A stretch of 64,000 bases of DNA from Octopus vulgaris. Lineage: Eukaryota. The stretch spans positions 12,276,001-12,340,000 of the forward strand of contig OX597823.1 of NCBI GenBank assembly GCA_951406725.2, in the 5' to 3' direction. Position 1 is the stretch's first letter, and the number at the start of each line of letters is the position of its first letter. This document shows positions 13,201-24,295 of the stretch, in pieces. The translations under genes were made by a program, and so were the position numbers. The notes below the pieces were generated by a model. The model saw only the letters and a program-made list of their open reading frames with translations, ran no database searches and was not told where the DNA came from.

Positions 13201-13403
13201 GTTACATTAATCGGTAGTCAAGATAAAACTCTGAGTTTCAGATGCCGAAGTGGAAATCCACAACACCATCTCTTCGGTTATCTGGCTATTTGTTGAAACA
13301 AATAGCCAGAAAAATAGCCAGATAACCGAAGAGATGGTGTTGTGGATTTCCATCGGCATCTGAAACTCAGAGTTTTATCTTGACTATAGTAATGTAACAT
13401 ATT
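13198..13403. mobile_element. Fold-back (~92-bp arms) Penelope-like fragment inserted in (TA)n
   Basis: 13198-13291 is a near-perfect reverse complement of 13312-13403; each arm carries a hammerhead motif. Confidence 0.8.
13320..13380 (+). ncRNA. Type I hammerhead ribozyme motif, variant core CCGAAGA (mirror copy on minus at ~13221-13283)
   Basis: Stem I AGATAA/TTATCT; CCGAAGA 13326-32; stem II GATG...CATC; T-GAAA 13361-65; quasi-palindromic stem III CTCAGAG; GUU triplet 13372-74. Confidence 0.65.
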
Positions 13404-13440
13404 GTATAGATAAATTTCCTCTATTTACATAATATTGAGG

Positions 13441-13625
13441 TTTCAGTCATTTGACTTCGGCCATGCTGGGGCACCGCTTGTATTCGAACAAATTGAGCCC
13501 AGGATTTAATCTTTGTAACCCTAGTACTTACTTTATCGGTCACTTTTGTCGAACCACTAAGTTACGGGGACGTAAAACACACCAACATCTGTAGTCAAGC
13601 GATGGTGGGAGAACAAACAGACACA

Positions 13626-13671
<46 letters not shown>

Positions 13672-13690
13672 CACACACACACAAACACAC
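13441..13690 (-). mobile_element. SINE family A, 3' half
   Basis: TTTCAGTCATTTGACT.CGGCCATGCTGG...GTCAAGCGATGG then (CA)n, which is the reverse complement of the family A 3' half. Confidence 0.8.
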
Positions 13691-14146
13691 ACATTGCGTA
13701 CTTTTGTTGTGATGATTCTTTCCGCCCCATGTTCCCTATCATCATTTATGTTTGCATTTCTGTTGCTGCTGCTCTATCCTCTAATGCTATTAATCTTATT
13801 AGTATTTTAGGTTGATATATCCCCAAATATATATTTAGTATTCACTTTTAGATTTTAGGTTTTGCTTTCAGGAGGCGGGTTTGCGTTTTCCAGAACGTTT
13901 TATGAGACATTCTTTTGTTATGTCCTGTTTGAGTTTTTACTTTGGCTTCCAAATTGTCCTCCTTTTTGTTTCTCTTATATCTTATTTTACATAGTGACGT
14001 ATATTTGCCATTTGAATATGGCTAACCCCTAAGGGTGGATGCTACAGTAGTTTGTAGCCCCAAGGGGGACACCTCCTCCAGCTGGCTATAGACACACTTT
14101 CTGTGCCCTATCAGTATTTGCAAAGTGAAGCCACCCTTCCCGTCTT

Positions 14147-14216
14147 CAACCTATGATACACACGGACTCGAGTTTCAGGGTATTGACCCGTCATCGGCGT
14201 GTGACAATCATAGTTG
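14147..14216 (-). ncRNA. Type I hammerhead ribozyme motif (minus-strand arm)
   Basis: Reverse complement reads CACACG-CCGATGA-C-GGGT-CAAT-ACCC-T-GAAA-CTCGA-GTC-CGTGTG. Confidence 0.72.
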
Positions 14217-14314
14217 TCGATGAGAAGTAGGTTCCCTTCACAAGTAGGTTCCCTTCACAAGTAGGTTCCCTTCACAAGTAGGTTCCCTTCACAAGTAGGT
14301 TCCCTTCTCATCGA

Positions 14315-14384
14315 CAACTATGATTGTCACACGCCGATGACGGGTTAATACCCTGAAACTCGAGTCCGTGTGTATCATAAGTTG
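14315..14384 (+). ncRNA. Type I hammerhead ribozyme motif (plus-strand arm)
   Basis: Stem I CACACG(14328-33)/CGTGTG(14367-72), extended by CAACTATGAT/ATCATAAGTTG; CCGATGA 14334-40; stem II GGGT/ACCC; GAAA 14355-58; palindromic CTCGAG; GUC 14364-66. Confidence 0.72.
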
Positions 14385-17369
14385 AAGACGGGAAGGATGG
14401 CTTCCCTTTGCAAATACTGATAGGGCACAGAAAGTGCGTCTATAGCCAGCTGGAGCAGGTGTCCTCCTGGGGCTACAAACTACTGTAACATCCACCCTTA
14501 GGGGTTAGCCATATTCAAATGGCAAATATACGTCACGATATGTTGCTGCTACTGTGTATAACTCGCTCTGAGATTTATCATTATTTTATATACTTTTCCC
14601 CCTATTTTCTTGTTGGGTCCTTTTTTTTTCTACTTCCTAGACTAAGAGGAGGACTCTCAGGTTTGTATACTATATTCTTCCCATGTAGGGGTTTGGGGTT
14701 TTTGCAGGTCTAGGGAGGATGTTCTCTAATAATATCCAATCCAATTTCTCTTGATAATACTTGGAATGCAGAGCATGTCAAGTCATCCAGTCTGTCGAAA
14801 TTCAGACAGTCTACTGCAATGAGCTTAAATGTTCTCTGGAATCTGTTATATTTAGTAATTTTTTCATACCGTTGTTTTGTCTCTTGTAAATATGGAACGT
14901 ATTTACGCTGATTTTTGTGTATTGATTTTGTGGTCTCTCTTTTCTTTTTTTTTATTGCTTCAATCATCCCATCCTCAGTATCTCTTCTAGTAGATCTGCA
15001 TGGTGGCTTGTGTTGTTATTCTGGTCGTTGTAGGATGTGGGTCTGGTCTTATATTGTCGTATCTCTGTATTTAGCTGTGTGTTTCTCTAGCTTTTTGGGT
15101 TTCTAGATTTCTTTTTCTCTGGGTGTATTTTTGGTGCGCTGCTGCACTGTAATGTAGATCACTCATCGTGTAGACATCTGTGTAGGGTTCTCATTTGTTT
15201 GGGTTCACATTTATTTTATTTACATTTTTGTGGTTCGTTTGTGTGTTGTGTGTGTGTGTGTGCGTATGTTGTTTAGTCTTATATGTTTTGGGGAACATAG
15301 GTTCTGTGCCATTTTCGCTCTTTTGTCACTCATTGTTTTGTGTGGTTGAATGTTCTCTTCTATTTATTTTCAAGGTGCATTCTGCATATCTGTGTCTATC
15401 TCGACGTTAAAAACTTCAGATCCACATAACATAAACCTTCGCACCTTGTTTGCTGTTATATTTTTCCTTACATCTTTGGTAATTTTTTCCCCATTTTTTC
15501 CATGGTTCATTTATGATGTATTTTGTGGGTAGAGTGTTACTGTGTAGAATGCAAATAATACTTCAATGCTATCGTCATTTATCCTGAGTCCTCTTTCAGT
15601 TTTTCCTTTTCGTTTGGAGGTTGACATTAGGAATCTAGTCAATGAGGTCGTCCTTTGAGAGGATACCGTCTATGAGTTCCGTCTATGAAAACGTTTTTCG
15701 TTTCCTGAATGCATGAAGCTCACAGACAGAAGGTTTTCCTTTCTTTCTTTCCTTTTTCTTTTTTTCTTATTTCGTTCTTTGTTTCTTTGTTTGTTTGCTT
15801 CTTTAATTTCTTTTTGTAGATAGATTTATCTCCGGGTGTAACTGCTTAGTTGTGTTTTTTAAAGACATATTTATAAATAATTCGCTCCTTTTATGTTCGT
15901 TGCATAAGCTCTTACTGTTTTTCTTTTGTTTCGCCTGTGTCAAGTATTTTTTTTTAGTGTGTGTGTGTGTATGCGTTATATCAACATTGTACACGTCGTT
16001 GTATAAACATTAGATTGTATACGTAATCGTTTAATAAATGAAAATGTATACATGGTTATATAAACATTAACGCGTGTACATAATGAATCAATTTACGTAC
16101 TTACTGTGCTGTCTCCTGGCTTTGATTTTGTTTTCGCGCGTCTGAATGAGATATCACGCGTTGACGAAATTATGCTTTATTTAACAATAACTTTTCGCTT
16201 ATATTTTTGTGTTGATTTTCATTAAATGATTCGCCAGAAATTTGAGGACTTTCCAAAAATAACTTGAGCAATCTTCTTTTCATTTCGCCGAAGTTAGATT
16301 AACATACTTAGCGGCATTTTGCCCATCTCTGCGTTCTAAGTTCAAACTTCACCGAGATCGACTTTGCATTTCATCTTCTCGGGGTCGATCAAATAAGTAC
16401 CCGTTGAGCACTGGGGTCGAGAAGCTTCTTAATCCATAATTCTAGGCCTTATGCCGATACTAGAAAGCATTATTAAGAAAGCGAACTGACAGAATTATTA
16501 GCATGCTGCACAAAATGCTCAGCGCTATTTCATCTGTCCATACATTCTACGTGTAAATTCCGCCGTTGCTTTCATCTTTTCGGGGTTGATAAAATAAGTA
16601 CCAGTTGAGTAGTGGGGTCGACGTAATCGACTTACCCCACCCAGAACTTGCTGGTCTTGTGTCGAACTAGCTCGTCTTCTCCTCTCCTCTCCTCTCCTGT
16701 TAAACAGACACTCGCACAGGCACAAACATAATCGAGACTCCACAGACATTGGTTCCTACACATCTCGAAATGAAGATGAGGAGGAACCCAAAAACCGAAA
16801 GAAAAAAACAAAACAAACAAAATTCCTTGTGTCACACCAACGTATACACCACAGAACACTCCCAAAACAAATATAGACACATCGACCACAACATCAACCC
16901 CACAACCTTCACGACCGTCAACAAAACCACCACTAACATCACCAGCACAACCAACACTGCTACTATTCCAACAGACATCAAAAAGAAAGCTAAGTCAACA
17001 TTAGTCAACAACACAGACACCAACTTTCATGCTAGTAGGGCGAGTCAACGAACACTCATAACCCTCATAGCACAAAGTAAAGATAATGAGAGAGCTGAGT
17101 TAATTTTCCGTACTAACAATAAAGTGCCACAAACTTTAGTGTTAGTGCGCATGACACTCGGGACGTAGAAAAAACATTTGGGATGTATCCGCCACGACGT
17201 GAAAACACCTAATGTAATAGCTAACAGCAGACTTTTAAAGGTGTTCCCAAAGGAACTGCAACCAAATACAGAGGTCGAACCACTCGTCCAATAATAGCAG
17301 TGAGAAGGTTAGTAACCCCACTATTCTCTTTTCTCGCAACTCTTTCCGGCCAACAAGGCGAGTACTAGA

Positions 17370-19275
17370 GTAGGTTGTATAAATGTAGGTGTCCCTGGAG
17401 TAATCCTGGAAGCAAGGTCACCTATTAAATGACCTTAGGTCACTAGGTCTGGATGTGACAGCTGTCAGCGAGATCAGAGTTTCCGATATGCGTGCATATA
17501 GATCTACACATGTGTTTCTACCTTAAATGGAAAGTGGGGTCGCAGTTCAGTTTAGGAAAGGTTTGGATTCCGAAATACTACCAACTTACCATCTTGGATA
17601 CGGACGATAAGCTGGTAATCCTGGATGTGAGCAATAGCAAACGTGGTAATTTTAGACTAGACGTTGAGTATACGCTCATTGGCATGGGGCAGCCTCTTCA
17701 AAGGTTTGGATGTTTTCCTTGGGACATCTCGCTCTCTGGATCTAAAGGGTAATCGGATCACCATCTTTGATGCATACCTAAAGGGTGTGAGGCTAACCAA
17801 TAGGGGTGAGGGTGTAAAAGAGGTGAGGGTGTAACAAGAACTGACTGGATATCGCAAATGCGTTATTGTGAACATGGGCAACAGATATAAGTAACCGAAG
17901 TTTGCACAATTCAGAGTCGTCGACTATACAGATCACAAATTTGTGATCTACGCGGTCGACCTAGATAGAATCCATTGGCAATGATCCGAATACAGGAAGC
18001 TGAACGCGTCTCTTCTGGCACGTGAAGCTTTCGTAGATGGGGTTAGCAAATTTTCCATTGGAAGTTGTTGAGTGCAATCGTCAACAACACATGGTGGATA
18101 GACCTGATAAGAACCATCAGAATAGAGATGGTAGGACTTGGTAACAAAATTACGTTAGAAGAAATGTGGAATAGAGGGAGATTTAGTTAAAAAGCTAAAA
18201 GAGACATTAAGAAGAGGCATAGAGACCGATATGTTGGCGACGAAATTGGCTCTTGATCAATTCTTCATCACCAAGGACGAAGGTTGCGTTTTTAGAGCTA
18301 AAGTGCATGTTGGAATTTGACAGGCCGGGACGGACGCATGCTACTCGAATCCAAATAGATGTATGCAGAATTTCGGTGACACTTTACCGAACTGTACGGA
18401 GCGCATGTTGAGCCGCTGATGGAATTAGTATTCATCTCCTATCTCGGTGGCATGCCGCGCCTGTTGACCAGGGATGTGGGGTCCTGCGAAATGCCAATAA
18501 CAGCCAAAGACATACGGGACGTGATGATGAGCTGCTCAAGGGAAAAATCTCACGAGCTGGATGATCCACACTTAGATCTTTATCGTCGTAGTTTTTTGGT
18601 GATCTCTTGACTGGTGTCTACCGCAACTGGCAGCAAAACGGGAGAATCTTAATGCTCCAAGCCGTGGCATGAGAGAGCTGCTGAAAAAGGAGCCCAACAT
18701 GGGACACCAGATAAATCATTTTAGGCTGATAACTCTACTGAACGCACATCACTAGATTTTGGTCAAGGTGTTAGCCAAGAGGTTAGTGCTTGTTGTTGAT
18801 AGACTGATGAGTGACGCACAAACATGCACTACCCCGAACAGATCTATCCACCACAACCCTACCTCACGCGTCACATCATAGAGACGGCGTGTTTCGGTCC
18901 AGTTCTCAGAAGCTGGATAGCCGCAATGAATAGCGACATCAGCTCGGTGTTTAAAGTAAATAGCCACCTATCGGAATCGTTAAGTGTCGCACATTCAGTC
19001 TGTCAAGGATGCCCACTCTCGCTCCTTCTGTCCGTGCTGTCTCTATGGAAGCTGGTTGTTTAGAGGGGAGACAAATATGAAATTAGATGCGGGACATTCG
19101 TGTTAGCTTATGTGGACTACATCACCTTTTCAGTGTCCAGCATTTCAGAAATCGAAGAGATTAGCATTACTCTAAGGGAGTACGAAACGGTGATAAGAGA
19201 AAGGATTCACCCGGACAAGTCGGTGAACCTGCAGTTCGGCACCTGGAGAGGCAGGGCCATTCTAGAAGATAGCGT
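17370..19275 (+). pseudogene. Decayed L1/Tx1-like LINE ORF2 (APE endonuclease + RT)
   Basis: Frame-broken motifs GCINV, KQGHLLNDLRSLGLDVTAVSE, HFRLITLLN, ILVKVLAKRL, SVCQGCPLSLLL, LAYVDYI (YADD position); many stops, frameshifts and deletions. Confidence 0.85.
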
Positions 19276-19307
19276 TGCTTTGTGTTTTTGTTGTGTATTT
19301 GTCTGAA

Positions 19308-19379
<72 letters not shown>

Positions 19380-19785
19380 ACATCATAATTATCGTTACTA
19401 TGATTATGAATATTATTATTACTGTAAGTGTAGAAAGAAAAATTATTGTTGTTGTTAGTATTGTTGTTATTGTTGCTGCTGGGTTTAATCTGAATGGTCA
19501 TATTCGCTTTGTTCTCTGCAGTATTATTGGATGATATCGTTTTAGTGCTTGCAAGGTGAAATGTTTTTGCATTTTCTTCTTACCTAGGGGAAACCTTTAA
19601 AACGATATTGCGTCCAAACCGTTTAGCCTGAGGTGAAGAAAATGCAGTGTGGTTTTGAATTATATAGGTTTTAATATTTGTATACATTTCACTTTCCATT
19701 GTATACCGACTTATGTGCTGGAACGGTGAGAAGACATTATCACCGCTGAATTGGTTGCAATAACATAAACAAACACACCCATTAA

Positions 19786-19945
19786 TGAACACAAACACAC
19801 ACATACACACACACACAAACACACACACACATACACACACACATACAAACACACAAACACAAACACACACACACATAAACACACAAACACACACACACAA
19901 ACACACACACAAACACACACACACACACACACACAAACACACACA

Positions 19946-20009
<64 letters not shown>

Positions 20010-20134
20010 AACACACACACATACACATACAAACACACACACACACACAAACACACACACAAATACACACAAACACACACACACACATACACAAACACAC
20101 ACAAACACACACGCACACACAAACACACACACAC

Positions 20135-20200
<66 letters not shown>

Positions 20201-20254
20201 CATACACAAACACACACAAACACACACGCACACACAAACACACACACACATAAC

Positions 20255-20289
<35 letters not shown>

Positions 20290-20352
20290 CAAACACACAC
20301 ATACACACACAAACACACACACACACACACACAAATACACACAAGCACACAC
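19786..20352. repeat. Compound (CA)n microsatellite, ~570 bp
   Basis: Direct reading. Confidence 0.97.
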
Positions 20353-20565
20353 AAAACAGCTGAAGAAACAATGGAACTGATAACCCATTGAAAGAAAAAT
20401 TAAAAAAGAAAACCCGGGAAAGCCTAAAATTTCCAACGAACGGCGGTAATAATATTGTCTTGAATATACGAAGCGATAATTGCAGCTAAGTTCGTTGCAC
20501 TTCTCTCACACTCACGAACGTAGCAGCAACTAGAGATAGTTTAGATTATACATACATACATACAT

Positions 20566-20997
20566 AGGCGCAGGAGTGGCTGTGTGGTAAGTAGCTTGTT
20601 TACCAACCACATGGTTCCGGGTTCAGTCCCACTGCGTGGCACCTTGGGCAAGTGTCTTCTACTATAGCCTCGGGCCGACCAAAGCCTTGTGAGTGGATTT
20701 GGTAGACGGAAACTGAAAGAAGCCCGTCGTATATATGTATATATATATATATATATATATGCGTGTGTGCATGTATGTTTGTGCGTCTGTGTTTGTCCCC
20801 CTAGCATTGCTTGACAACCGATGCTGGTGTGTTTACGTCCCCATAACTTAGCGGTTCGGCAAAAGAGACCGATAGAATAAGTATTGGGCTTACAAAAGAA
20901 TAAGTTCCGGGGTCGAGTTGCTCGATTAAAGGCGGTGCTCCAGCATGGCCGCAGTCAAATGACTGAAACAAGTAAAAGAGAAAATAGAAAAAGAGAA
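20566..20997 (+). mobile_element. SINE family A, full length
   Basis: Head AGGCGCAGGAGTGGCTGTGTGG, central (TA)n, GTAAAAGAG tail. Confidence 0.92.
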
Positions 20998-21018
20998 TAC
21001 ATATATGAAGAGAGAATA

Positions 21019-21061
<43 letters not shown>

Positions 21062-21321
21062 GTGCTAGTGAGAGAGAAGGGGACCAGACAAAAGGCCTGA
21101 CAAAGAGAGAGAGAGAGAGAGTAACATAGAAAAGAAATAGACTGATAGAAAGGGAAATAATGGCACTGATCCTGACTCTTCATCGCAACGTAACAAGACC
21201 AACACAGTAGATAATATTGGTTTCAAATTTTGGCACTTAGGAAGCGATTTTGGTGGAAAGGGTAAGTCAATTACATCGACCCCCAGTGCTCAACTGGTAT
21301 TAATTTTATCAACCTCGAAAC

Positions 21322-21354
21322 GGTTCTCATTCCTAAAGTATTTTTCGAGACCTG

Positions 21355-21396
<42 letters not shown>

Positions 21397-21430
21397 AACA
21401 ACAATAATAATAATAATAATAATAATAATG

Positions 21431-21479
<49 letters not shown>

Positions 21480-21484
21480 TAATG

Positions 21485-21577
<93 letters not shown>

Positions 21578-21730
21578 GCAACATCGAAAAATACAATAGG
21601 AATGAGAACCCAGGTTCGAAATTTCCCTAAGACACCTGATGAAGGCTGGGGGGTATACCAGCCGAAATGTGTTAACAACAAACAAGATGAGGACAAACAT
21701 CCTCAAATGTAAATAATGTAAATAATGTTC
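21322..21730 (+). mobile_element. Penelope-like terminal fragment in (AAC)/(AAT)n, with a short inverted copy
   Basis: ACATCGAAAAATAC..TAGGAATGAGAACCCAGG...GACACCTGATGAAGGCTGG; inverted piece GGTTCTCATTCCTAAAGTATTTTTCGA at 21322-21348; the same family occurs at 45455-46000. Confidence 0.7.
21631..21673 (+). ncRNA. Minimal type I hammerhead motif (stem III deleted)
   Basis: GACAC-CTGATGA-A-GGCTGG..CCAGCC-GAAA-T-GTGTT; lacks the CGT present in the 45828-45873 copy. Confidence 0.6.
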
Positions 21731-21773
21731 ATCAGGGCATTTATCATCATCATTATTATTATTATTATTATTA

Positions 21774-21827
<54 letters not shown>

Positions 21828-22456
21828 CCCCTAAGGCGGCGACGTGGAAGAGTCGTTTGACCAAATTCTCAGATCATTTCGTCCGTCTTTGCATTTTTAT
21901 TTCAAATTATGCTGAGTTCGAGTTTATATTTTATCCTTCTGAGGTCGATAGAATAAGTACCAGTCGAGTGCTGAGGTCAAAATATTCGGCTTGCCCCTTC
22001 CCCCTCCCCCAAAGGGCTGGACGTCTGCCTATATCAGAAAGAATTTTAATTTGTCTCAGTCTCCTTCTGATTACATTGGAACGTATGCTCTTTCGCTTTT
22101 TGTGGAAGGCAGCTGTTCTGATAGCCGGCGATCTTTCAGCTTTCAAGGCCAGAATATCTCCAGCGCTTCCTTGACGGCGAACAGGTGTGGTCGCCGTTCG
22201 CCAGACACGTTTTTGCTCAGAGTTCTATGTTGGCTATCCTTGCGGGGTGGATAAAATAGTCGGTGTCATCGACGTGACCCCACCTCCCACGTGTTTTTAA
22301 ATAAAAATTCTGCCGATGTCAACTCTGCCTTTGATCTATACAGGGTTGACAAAATAAAGTAGGAGTTTCATATTTTTGTGGATGGTATTGCCTAATACCT
22401 CCCATCAAATGCGTAGACTTGTACCTTAATTAGAAACAATAATTACAACATTAACA

Positions 22457-22618
22457 GGTGTATGAGTGGCTGTGTCGTAAGTAGATTGCTTACAAACCAC
22501 ATGGTTCCGAGTTCAGTCCCACTGTGTGGCACCTTGGGCAAGTGTTTTCTATTATAGCCTCGAACCGACCAAAGCCTTGTGAGTGGATTTGGTAGACGGA
22601 AACTGAAAGAAGCCCGTC

Positions 22619-22699
<81 letters not shown>

Positions 22700-23009
22700 T
22701 AGTCGACCGTAGGCTAGAAATAGATCATCAATGATCAAACTGTATGCAATTAATTCTGTTTTTTATATAAATTTTCATCTGTCCTGCCCGCCAAATTCGG
22801 TTCTGGTGTTCGCTGAAATTTTCCTCTAGAGAACTTTCTTTGTAGTTTGATCGTTGATGATCTATTTCTAGCATACGGCCGACTACCTAGCAGTCTTGCC
22901 CTGCCAATATACACATATATTAGAATTTTTTCTGACTTCTCAGATTTTTTGTATGCTAGACTACTGGTTTTAAATTGATATTAAAATTAATATTAATTTC
23001 TCTCCCTCA

Positions 23010-23067
<58 letters not shown>

Positions 23068-23312
23068 ATGTGTGTCTGTGTGTGTGTGTATCTTTGTGTG
23101 TCAGTGTTTGTTCCCCCCCACATCGCTTGAAAACCGATGCTGGTGTGTTTACGTCCACATAACTTAGCGGTTCGGCAAAAGAGACCGATAGAATAAGTAC
23201 TAGGCTTACAAAGAATAAGTCCTGTGGTCGATTTGCTCGACTAAAAGTGGTGCTCCAGCATGGCTACTGTCACATGACTGAAACAAGTAAAAGAGTAAAA
23301 AAGTAAAAAAAG
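22457..23312 (+). mobile_element. SINE family A split by a ~320-bp insert in its central (TA)n
   Basis: 5' half 22457-22620, (TA)n, insert 22696-23015 with 45-bp inverted repeats, (TA)n, then the 3' half to the tail. Confidence 0.85.
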
Positions 23313-23667
23313 TATCACTATATTTACCGCAACAGGGAACGAATCACTAAATTCTACAAATTGAATTTATGTTGAAACCATATTGTATTAAAGATAGCTG
23401 AGTGTTTGGACTCTCAGGCGAAGTCCTAGTTCGACGTGTGCCACCTCGGACATATTTCATAGTTTGCATTGCTTACACGACATATTTTATTGAAAATTTC
23501 CTGCTCCCCAACCTCTACAAAATCTTACTAGCACTGACTGCGCAAGAGGTTCGCGTTATCAGGTTGTTAAATATTGTTTCAGTTTATCTCCGGTAAGTTA
23601 TGCGCTAGATTAATCAACGTTTGTACCGTAGCTATTCTGTTTTGATTGTAGGAATATTGTTCGAAGG

Positions 23668-24052
23668 TGGAGGCGCAATGGCCCAGTGGTTAGGGCAGCG
23701 GACTCGCGGTCGTAGGATCGCGGTTTCGATTCCCAGACCGGGCGTTGTGAGTGTTTATTGAGCGAAAACACCTAAAAGCTCCACGAGGCTCCGGCAGGGG
23801 ATGGTGGTGATCCCTGCTGTACTCTTTCACCACAACTTTCTCTCATTCTTACTTCCTGTCTCTGTTGTACGTGTATTTCAAAGGGCCGGCCTTGTCACTC
23901 TCTGTGTCACGCTGAATATCCCCGAAAACTACGTTAAGGGTACACGTGTCTGTGGAGTGCTCAGCCACTAACACGTTAATTTCACGAGCAGGCTGTTCCG
24001 TTGATTCGGATCAACCGGAACCCTCATCGTCGTAACCGACGGAATGCTTCCA
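23668..24052 (+). mobile_element. tRNA-derived SINE family B, full length, with ~97-bp target duplication
   Basis: GGAGGCGCAATGGCCCAGTGGTTAGGG...GGTTTCGATTCCC...CGACGGAATGCTTCC; flanks 23570-23666 and 24057-24153 are direct repeats. Confidence 0.92.
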
Positions 24053-24295
24053 CACAAATATTGTTTCAGTTTATCTCCGGTAAGTTATGCGCTATATTAA
24101 TCAACGTTTGTACCGTAGCTGTTCTGTTTTGATTGTAGGAATATTGTTCGAAGATTTGTTGCTGATGCCGTTGTAATTCCTTTTGTTTGTTGATGTTATT
24201 GCTATTATCGTTGCTGACACTCTATTTTGTTAATTACGATTATATTTCTTGTGTCTGTATAACCTATATTTATCAAATATTTTCAACTATTACAG

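Larger units (their letters stand above)
13994..14536. mobile_element. 543-bp fold-back element: ~234-bp inverted arms, loop of 17-bp tandem repeats, hammerhead in each arm
   Basis: 13994-14227 versus 14304-14536 are reverse complements with few mismatches; the loop is (AAGTAGGTTCCCTTCAC) x ~5. Confidence 0.9.

Noticed and set aside
14225-14307. CRISPR-like repeat array
   Set aside because: Head-to-tail 17-mers with no unique spacers, no cas genes and a eukaryotic context.
14540-15720. Minus-strand protein-coding gene (e.g. the 85-aa ORF at 14710-14967)
   Set aside because: Many stops and no recognisable domain; probably a decayed retroelement ORF that I cannot classify.
23668-23745. Genuine tRNA gene
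   Set aside because: The tRNA-like head continues into a SINE body with a TSD and has many diverged copies.
24187-24295. Signal-peptide-like start MLMLLLLSLL of the 424-aa ORF
   Set aside because: T-rich intronic sequence upstream of a good splice acceptor, with a TTG start; ankyrin similarity begins at 24296.
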